A stretch of 64,000 nucleotides of DNA from a virus. The notes under the pieces were generated by a model. It searched no databases, was not told where the DNA came from, and saw only the letters and a list, made by a program, of their open reading frames with translations. This document shows positions 56,950 through 64,000 of the stretch, in pieces (the first letter of the stretch is position 1; every line of letters begins with the position of its first letter). Location of the stretch: positions 1 to 64,000 of the IMG/VR virus record IMGVR_UViG_3300033148_006964. The stretch is one strand, 5' to 3'. Position numbers and translations under genes: made by a program.

Positions 56950-57396
56950 ATGGACATTGATTTTATAACAGATCTATCTTCAGATTTTAAGATTTCACTT
57001 AGTGACAATCCACAAGGTGTATCCGGTAATAGAGCTTTAGTCAATAGGTTTGAAATAACATTTTTTACAAAAAATAGACAATTTTTATTTAATGATGAAG
57101 ATATAGTTGTAGATGAATATGGTGGTGATGCTGAGAAACTTATAAATAAACCTCGTGTATTAAATAATGTACAATCTATAGCGGCTGCTATGGATATAGT
57201 AGTTTCTCAAACAGTAAAAAGTATGAAGAACAATGAGCCTTCAAATATACCATCTACAGAAAAGATCGATAGTGCTAAAGTCATTGGAATAAATATTATT
57301 AGCGATACCGTGTACGGTACTGTTCAAATATTTCCAGTAGAAACTGAATCGTATGAAGATATTCTTTTTAATTTGCCAATTATTCGAAGGACGTAG
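56950..57396 (+). CDS. gp25-like baseplate wedge subunit
   Basis: 148 aa before the J-like gene. VSGNRALVNRFEITFFT pattern. Confidence 0.6.
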   Translation: MDIDFITDLSSDFKISLSDNPQGVSGNRALVNRFEITFFTKNRQFLFNDEDIVVDEYGGDAEKLINKPRVLNNVQSIAAAMDIVVSQTVKSMKNNEPSNIPSTEKIDSAKVIGINIISDTVYGTVQIFPVETESYEDILFNLPIIRRT

Positions 57397-57398
57397 TT

Positions 57399-60300
57399 AT
57401 GTTTAATTTTTATGAGTTTATCAGAAAAAGATGGTCAGAAAATTCTGCCTCAAGTGGCCAAAAGGGAACTGTAGTCGATGAACTTGCTGTTAAACCTACA
57501 GGACTTGTTCTTTCTGATTTTTATAATTCTTTAGTATCTCAGCAAGCTATAAATAATATAACAAACTGGGAAACGATGACTGAAGATTCTATGGATTATT
57601 TTGGAAATAAATTCTTTTATCCTCGTATTGATGGTGATCAAGCTTTTGGTTTTATAAGGATTTATTTTGATAGTAAAAAGGATATACTTATTACTTCAGA
57701 TAGTAGGGCGGTCTCTACGACTGGACTTAGATATTCCGCTATTCAACCAGGTACAATAAGTGGTAATTCATTTAAAATATCTGATGAGAGTTTTGCGTTA
57801 TATTATGTGGACGTTCAAATATTAGCTGCATCTAAAGGTGATGCATATAATATAGATATTGGTGAAATAGTACAACTTGAGGCTGTTGATTTTACATATA
57901 AAGCAGTGACTAATGTTGAAGAAATATCATATGGAACTGTACATGAGACTAATGAAGAATATTTTAATAGATTGAAATATTCTATTTCAGATCGTAGTAT
58001 GATGAATCATCGGAGTATATTTGCAAGACTTCCAGAGTTTTTTCCTGTAATACATTCTATTTATATAGCCGGTCCTGGCGATAGATATATGATCAGAGAT
58101 CTGGTTAGCGCTGTCGATCCTACTGAACCTATACAAGAAACTGATTATCTTGGTAAGATAACTGGTGAAAATATTATAAAAAATATAGGTTTTTATCAGA
58201 TTTTTCCACCAAAAGCTGGAACAGTATTAGCTGATACCTGGGGTCCTTTTACCATACCGACTAATTATCAATATCCATTGACTATCGAAGCGTCTGATAT
58301 AACAAATGCAGATCCTGCTTTTCATGGATACGATTTAAGCCAGGAATGTTCTAACGATATGTATCAAGGTCTTTATTTTGATGATTTTAAAAATTATATG
58401 GAAATAAAAACTGAAGATCTATTTAATATCTTTGATGAAGATGTTGGTTTTACTGATGTTCTCATTCCAGATTCGGATTGGATATATGGAGCTCATGGGG
58501 CTTCGTCTGGAGATTTTGCGACATTATCAGATGGTGTTAAGCCTATTCAAGTTATGAATTTTAATAATAATCAAATAACTCTTGCTGGTGGTGATCTAAG
58601 TTCTATATCAATAAATAAAGATATAAAAAAACGTACTGGCATAAAACTTGAAGGTTCTTTTATATGGCCTGCATATGATCCAGATAATAACGATAAGACT
58701 GTAGATAGCAATTTACAGCTTATGGTAGGTGGTATAAATGAAACATTTGTTGAAGGATATACTGGTTTTGGTTTTGGTATAAGGCTTACTGGAGAATATA
58801 AAGAATCATTAGAAAGTGATCCTACAAAAATAGGACTACCTAATGCTATTATATATTTTGCTCATTCTGAAAAATATGGAGATGGGCAGATATTTGCTAC
58901 TGATTCTGATATTTCCAGCCATATAGGTATAACTGATCTTGGGGCTTTAGCTGAAACCTCATGGAGATTAGAACCTGGTATTGAATATGAATTTGAATTT
59001 GTTCTTCATGATGAGGGAATAACTACAGATCCTGATCAACGTACTTTATATATGACATTATATCTTAAAAAGCTTAGTAATGATAACCCGCTTGATACTA
59101 CAGGAGTCCTTGAAAATAAACTTCAATGGCAATTACCAGCAACTGTTCTTAATGCATTTAAACAAGAAGCATTTAACGCAGATTCTACTCATTATGGAAC
59201 TATGATGAAAGTAACTTTAGATACTGAATCAATCGATCCTGATGATGCATGGTTAATAAATGATCTTAGGGCATTTGATATATCAGAACAACGTGCTACA
59301 GCTCTTTTAGCATTAGATGTAAAAGAACTGGAAAGCCCTGTATCGATCTATTTAAGAGGCTATGGTGAGTCTTCAGTAAGTGATTTGACCTCTAATGGGT
59401 ATTTAGTATATATATGGGATAAGGAACGTACTACGGACGCTACAAGTGATACTGAGTTAACTGCTGGTGGTTGGACATTACTTGATGGTTTGTCTAATCC
59501 TGATGGATCTAAAGATGTATTATCTACATTACCTTCAGAATTGATCCAAAATATAGAAAGATATAAAGTGGATAATAAATATGGTACTAATGTGTTTTTA
59601 TTAATCACTACAAGTGGAACTTCAAAATCACAATATAAGTTCTCAGGAGCAGTACTAAATGATATTCAAGCTGAACTTAGGGTAGATTATGCTAAGATTC
59701 AAAGCGAACTTTCAACAAAGTATCATGCTAATAATAAAGCTGATATTTATGTATCTACATTAAGAAACTCAAAAGACCCTGAACCTGTTACTGTTGTTCT
59801 TGAAAAACAAACTTTAGAGTCATATTTTGAAATGAATTCTGATAATTCAAATGTTCCTGTTGCAGAAATAGTATCAGTAGCAATAGGTTCAACAGAAGAA
59901 GAAACTCAGGTATTGGCCGAAACAGAGTATATAGTGTCATCTGGTAACTCTACTTTTATTGGATCTGCCCAGGAAGTGATTAAAATAACTTTAGATGGGT
60001 ATGATTCAGATGTTATATCTGTAGAATACAGGCCTTATCCTCAAGTTCAAAATATACAAGAATTTTTTGACGGGCCTCAATATCAAAAGATATTTGGAGA
60101 TATTTTAGTAAGACATCAATTTCCATGTGAATTATCTTTTCCTGTAGTATATACTGGCCCGATTGAAGAAGATCAAATGATCGAAGAGATCAAAGGTTAT
60201 GTTGATTCAAATATAAATAGTATTTTTTCGGTTCGTGAGCTTATAAAATATTTATATGACAGCGGATTTGCAAATAGCATTCAAGAACCTATTAATGTAG

Positions 60301-60416
60301 AATATTCTAAATGGAATGATGAATTTAATAAAGATTATGGTGAATTTACTAATAATCTTGAAATCCGTACTGTAGATTTTTTTAAAATAGATGATCTAAC
60401 GGTTAGTAAACTATAA
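57399..60416 (+). CDS. Baseplate J-like wedge protein with large internal insertion
   Basis: A.G.IRIYF, V.I.AASKGDAYNI, VTN...YG..HETNEEY..RL are J-family motifs. 1005 aa long. Confidence 0.75.
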   Translation: MFNFYEFIRKRWSENSASSGQKGTVVDELAVKPTGLVLSDFYNSLVSQQAINNITNWETMTEDSMDYFGNKFFYPRIDGDQAFGFIRIYFDSKKDILITSDSRAVSTTGLRYSAIQPGTISGNSFKISDESFALYYVDVQILAASKGDAYNIDIGEIVQLEAVDFTYKAVTNVEEISYGTVHETNEEYFNRLKYSISDRSMMNHRSIFARLPEFFPVIHSIYIAGPGDRYMIRDLVSAVDPTEPIQETDYLGKITGENIIKNIGFYQIFPPKAGTVLADTWGPFTIPTNYQYPLTIEASDITNADPAFHGYDLSQECSNDMYQGLYFDDFKNYMEIKTEDLFNIFDEDVGFTDVLIPDSDWIYGAHGASSGDFATLSDGVKPIQVMNFNNNQITLAGGDLSSISINKDIKKRTGIKLEGSFIWPAYDPDNNDKTVDSNLQLMVGGINETFVEGYTGFGFGIRLTGEYKESLESDPTKIGLPNAIIYFAHSEKYGDGQIFATDSDISSHIGITDLGALAETSWRLEPGIEYEFEFVLHDEGITTDPDQRTLYMTLYLKKLSNDNPLDTTGVLENKLQWQLPATVLNAFKQEAFNADSTHYGTMMKVTLDTESIDPDDAWLINDLRAFDISEQRATALLALDVKELESPVSIYLRGYGESSVSDLTSNGYLVYIWDKERTTDATSDTELTAGGWTLLDGLSNPDGSKDVLSTLPSELIQNIERYKVDNKYGTNVFLLITTSGTSKSQYKFSGAVLNDIQAELRVDYAKIQSELSTKYHANNKADIYVSTLRNSKDPEPVTVVLEKQTLESYFEMNSDNSNVPVAEIVSVAIGSTEEETQVLAETEYIVSSGNSTFIGSAQEVIKITLDGYDSDVISVEYRPYPQVQNIQEFFDGPQYQKIFGDILVRHQFPCELSFPVVYTGPIEEDQMIEEIKGYVDSNINSIFSVRELIKYLYDSGFANSIQEPINVEYSKWNDEFNKDYGEFTNNLEIRTVDFFKIDDLTVSKL

Positions 60417-60441
60417 TTATTAATAGAAAGGCAGGGAAAAG

Positions 60442-60708
60442 ATGGCTATAACGATACTAGTAAATGAACAGAGGGAAGAAATAATAACACCGGCTTATAC
60501 ATCAAGACCTCGTAATAAGACTATGAGAATAACTGTTAAAGATGGTGATACTGTTGAACAGATCGTAAAAGTCAATGGTAGTGAAGTAGAAGCATTAAAG
60601 CATGTTGTTGATGGTAAGTCAGTAGAAGGTAAGAAAATAACAGCATTAGGTACTTTAGATTTTGTAGATGAAAATGATGTTGATGCAGTATCTATAGAAG
60701 AAAAATAA
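60442..60708 (+). CDS. Small hypothetical protein
   Basis: 88 aa with GGCAGGG RBS region. Confidence 0.6.
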   Translation: MAITILVNEQREEIITPAYTSRPRNKTMRITVKDGDTVEQIVKVNGSEVEALKHVVDGKSVEGKKITALGTLDFVDENDVDAVSIEEK

Positions 60709-60722
60709 TTTAAGGAGTTATA

Positions 60723-63700
60723 GTGGCAGCGATTACTTGGGAAGGTGATGAAAGTACTAACTGGGAGACGGGTGGTAATTGGTCAGGTGGTGTTAAACCG
60801 ACTAACGCTGATGACGTAACCTTAGATGGAACAGCAAGTGATAGTTGTGTATTAAATGCCGCTTCTGTTTGTAAAACCCTTACTATAACTAATGCTTATG
60901 CAGATAGCTTTGATACTAATGGTCAGCCTTTGACTGTTTCAGGATCATGTTCGTTGGAATCTGATGGTACAGGAGACCTTACTATTGATGCGTTAGTTAC
61001 TGTTGATGCTGATGGTACGTTTAAAATAGGAACTTGGAATTCAGTTGATTGTTCAGCAGGAAGTTTAGACTTACAGGGTGACGGGGACTTTGATAATAGC
61101 TCAGGCGGAAATATTACATGGAAAAAAATCTCAGGTGCGGCTGCTGGTAAGAAAACTAATCAAACAGGATCAAATCATTGGTTATGCCAACAATATACTG
61201 GTGGAGCTGGTGAGCATGACGTTAATACAAAATATCTTTACGTTAACCCCACTGGTGCTAATGATATTGTTTTGCATGCAGATCATAATTTTACTGGAAC
61301 AGGCCGTTTGTTTATAAAAATAAACGCTGCAATAACTTTATTGTTACCTAAAATCAACGCTACCTTTCGTTTAGTAATGGGTCAAAATAATGATAATGTA
61401 TGTGGAATACAATGTCAAGGGAATATTTTTTCCGGACAACTGATTATTTTAAAAGAACAAGCTTCTAATTTTACCGTTGATTTTAATAACCAAAATGTAA
61501 CTGCGTCAAATCTTTATTTTGGAAATCAAAATGTTGGTGGTACTTTCACTTTTAATTGGGGTGATGGTACACATGATTTTAGCAGTTTTATAGAAAGTAC
61601 AACATATAACGCAGGTGTAACTACTTGTAATTTTGAAGGCTCAACAATTACTTGTGCAGGAGATTTAGCCCTGGGAACTAATACTACCCCCGATGCTGGA
61701 ACTTCATCATTTACGTTTGATGGAGGAGCTCAACTGGTTACTCTTGAGGGGCAGTCTTTATATACAGTAATCCAAGATAATACTTCTTTAACTCTGCAGG
61801 ATGCTTTTGCTTGTAATTCTTTAACAGTTAATGGCAGCAGTGATCTTGATTTTAATAGCCAAACAGTAAATTGTGCAGCAGGATTTGTTTGGAATTCTTC
61901 AGGAGTGCTTACGGCGGATGCAGCATTAACTTTGTCTGGAAACAGTGACCTTACTGCTGATGGCGAAACTTTAAGTAGATTAATTATAACTAACAATCCT
62001 ACCATTACGTGGAACGCAGCAGGGACGATAGCTGTAACTAATTATACTAATGGAGATTGGGATGGGGCAACCTTTGTTTCATCAACTCCAGATACTGCCT
62101 ATACAATAACTAACCCGGCTGCAATGGCTGTTAGTGATATGACTGTCACTGATTCAACGGCGACAGAACGAATAGATGCTACAGATAATTGTGTAGATGG
62201 TGGTGGAAATACATTATGGGATTTTGATGTATCAAGTTCTTCTAGTTCTTTAAATAGTTCTTCAAGTTCTTATAGTTCTTCAAGTTCTTATAGTTCTTCT
62301 AGTTCTGAAAGTTCTTCAAGCTCATTGGGACATTCTAGTTCTTCTAGCTCTTCAAGCTCTTCAAGTTCTCAGAGTTCTTCAAGTAGCTCTCAAAGTTCCC
62401 CAAGCTCTTCAAGTTCTCAAAGCTCTTCAAGTTCAGAAGGTTTTTGTCCTCGTCAATTTGGTGGTAATTGGCAACGTAAGATCTGGTACGATGGAACTTT
62501 TACATGGAGAGGTAGATTAGATAGGGTTAATGATAGATTAATGTTTGAATATACAGATGATTATGAAGCAGATAATTGGATTGAAAATGTAAATGCCAGG
62601 ATAGATGCTTCTGGATTTTCAGGTGTAGATGCGGATTTTACAGTAAGAGGTAATACTGCTGGTGGTGGTTTGCCTACAACTATTCATTACGGCACTGGCC
62701 ATCGTACTTATATAGCAGAAAGCGATGAAGCTACAGCAGTTGGTTGGGCATGGGAAAATACTACTGTTGTATTTGATGCTGAAGAATCTTCTAGTTCCAG
62801 TTATTATTCTGAAAGTAATAGTAACCCTGGCGATACATATCAAAGGGTTAATTTAGCGGCTAATAGAGACACAGGGGCAGTTAAACTTTGGGCTACTGCC
62901 GTTTATGATGATGGAACTAATATATGGGTAAAAGCTAAAAAACAAACGGCTTCTTTAGATATAACTGGATGGAATGCTTCTGTAGATGTCAGTGATAATA
63001 CAAACACTTCAATGATATATGGTCAATCTGTAAGATCTATTGGCGAAGGTGGTGCACTTAAAAAGGATATGATATTTGGTTGGAAAGAAGGTGACGCTTT
63101 ATATTCAAGATTTAGTGATAACGATGCTTTTGAAGCTATTCAAACAATAGACCTAACAGTATTTTCAGGCAAATCGGCATTTGATTTTGAACATGGTTTA
63201 ATTGGGGACGTCAAACTTATTCAAATTATATATGCGGATGCTGATGAAACAGTAAAATGGAAAAAAAGAGGAGACGGAGATGCTGATGCCTGGTCAGCAG
63301 CTTTAACTTTATGTGATGATTGTGAAGGCACAAAAGGATTAGCAATAGTAGAACATGGTGATGCTCATTTTGATATGTTATGGAGTGAAAATGATGTAAT
63401 TGAATATCGACAATATGATTGGATTGAAGATACCTGGTCTCCAATTTTAGCAAATGACCCATATATATTTGATACATCTACTGAAGCAGTAGTTAATACT
63501 ACAACAGTATCTCAAGTTCAAACTGCTGATTATATGTCAGCTGGTACAAATGCTATTACATGTTGGATAGGTCAAATAGGAGATGTATATTGTCAAATTG
63601 GTTGGGGAGTTTTTGAAGAGGCTGTATCTTCAAGTTCAAGTTTAAGTTCTTCCAGTTCTTTAAATTCTTCAAGCTCTTCAAGTTCTTCCAGTTCTTCTAA

Positions 63701-64000
63701 TTCTTCAAGTTCTCAGAGTTCTTCAAGTTCTCAAAGTTCTTCCAGCTCTGAGAGTTCTTCAAGTTCTTTAAATAGTTCTTCCAGTTCCGAGAGTTCTTCA
63801 AGCTCTTTAAGTTCTTCAAGTTCTCAGAGCTCTTCAAGTACCTCTTCGAGTTCTCAAAGTTCCTCTAGTTCTCAAAGCTCTTCAAGCACTTCTTCAAGTT
63901 CTCAGAGTTCTTCAAGCCTTTCCAGCTCTTCAAGTTCTCAAAGCTCTTCAAGCTCTCAAAGTTCTTCAAGTTCAAAGAGTTCTTCAAGTTCTTTAAATAG
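60723..64000 (+). CDS. Large tail fibre/adhesin-like protein with poly-Ser linkers (3' partial)
   Basis: Not in track because it runs off the window. GTG after AAGGAG, MAAITWEGDESTNWETGGNWSGG (beta-helix adhesin-like start). Frame confirmed at the start, at 62220 and at the window end, not codon by codon in between. Confidence 0.65.
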   Translation, partial: MAAITWEGDESTNWETGGNWSGGVKPTNADDVTLDGTASDSCVLNAASVCKTLTITNAYADSFDTNGQPLTVSGSCSLESDGTGDLTIDALVTVDADGTFKIGTWNSVDCSAGSLDLQGDGDFDNSSGGNITWKKISGAAAGKKTNQTGSNHWLCQQYTGGAGEHDVNTKYLYVNPTGANDIVLHADHNFTGTGRLFIKINAAITLLLPKINATFRLVMGQNNDNVCGIQCQGNIFSGQLIILKEQASNFTVDFNNQNVTASNLYFGNQNVGGTFTFNWGDGTHDFSSFIESTTYNAGVTTCNFEGSTITCAGDLALGTNTTPDAGTSSFTFDGGAQLVTLEGQSLYTVIQDNTSLTLQDAFACNSLTVNGSSDLDFNSQTVNCAAGFVWNSSGVLTADAALTLSGNSDLTADGETLSRLIITNNPTITWNAAGTIAVTNYTNGDWDGATFVSSTPDTAYTITNPAAMAVSDMTVTDSTATERIDATDNCVDGGGNTLWDFDVSSSSSSLNSSSSSYSSSSSYSSSSSESSSSSLGHSSSSSSSSSSSSQSSSSSSQSSPSSSSSQSSSSSEGFCPRQFGGNWQRKIWYDGTFTWRGRLDRVNDRLMFEYTDDYEADNWIENVNARIDASGFSGVDADFTVRGNTAGGGLPTTIHYGTGHRTYIAESDEATAVGWAWENTTVVFDAEESSSSSYYSESNSNPGDTYQRVNLAANRDTGAVKLWATAVYDDGTNIWVKAKKQTASLDITGWNASVDVSDNTNTSMIYGQSVRSIGEGGALKKDMIFGWKEGDALYSRFSDNDAFEAIQTIDLTVFSGKSAFDFEHGLIGDVKLIQIIYADADETVKWKKRGDGDADAWSAALTLCDDCEGTKGLAIVEHGDAHFDMLWSENDVIEYRQYDWIEDTWSPILANDPYIFDTSTEAVVNTTTVSQVQTADYMSAGTNAITCWIGQIGDVYCQIGWGVFEEAVSSSSSLSSSSSLNSSSSSSSSSSSNSSSSQSSSSSQSSSSSESSSSSLNSSSSSESSSSSLSSSSSQSSSSTSSSSQSSSSSQSSSSTSSSSQSSSSLSSSSSSQSSSSSQSSSSSKSSSSSLN
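62231..62435 (+). repeat. Ser-coding low-complexity tract 5
   Basis: TCTTCAAGT-type repeats in frame. Confidence 0.95.
63627..64000 (+). repeat. Ser-coding low-complexity tract 6 (continues beyond the window)
   Basis: TCTTCAAGY-type repeats with SLNSS and SQSS units. Confidence 0.95.

Noticed and set aside
61078-63477. Short track ORFs at 61078, 61730, 62619 and 63226
   Set aside because: They lie within the long open frame starting at 60723, which the track omitted because it runs off the window.
1-64000. CRISPR array
   Set aside because: No regularly spaced repeat-spacer pattern was seen. The repeats found are in-frame coding repeats.
1-64000. Stop-codon reassignment
   Set aside because: Long genes are intact under code 11, and TAA, TGA and TAG all end genes at sensible boundaries.

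Overview
AT-rich (visibly about 30% GC) 64-kb segment of a large contractile-tailed dsDNA phage, using the standard genetic code. It covers most of the virion module: large terminase, Gly-rich putative internal proteins, prohead protease, scaffold, two capsid-decoration paralogues, major capsid protein, neck, holin and M15 endolysin, tail terminator, sheath, tube, chaperone with a -1 frameshift, tape measure, baseplate and the start of a large fibre-like gene. Embedded in it are an eight-gene glycosylation/modification cluster, two tnpA-less tnpB elements, a REC-STAS-like regulator, a sigma factor, and an inverted block carrying a class II ribonucleotide reductase with two inteins. The most notable observations are (i) an ORF-free, heavily base-paired 0.6-0.85 kb region that looks like a large ornate ncRNA, (ii) poly-serine tracts confined to predicted surface-exposed virion proteins next to a Maf-like/GT/methyl/sulfo/radical-SAM cluster, suggesting a virion glycan-coating system, and (iii) a recurring K-x-A motif in head proteins that may be the maturation cleavage site. 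All product calls come from motif recognition by eye. No database search or folding computation was run.
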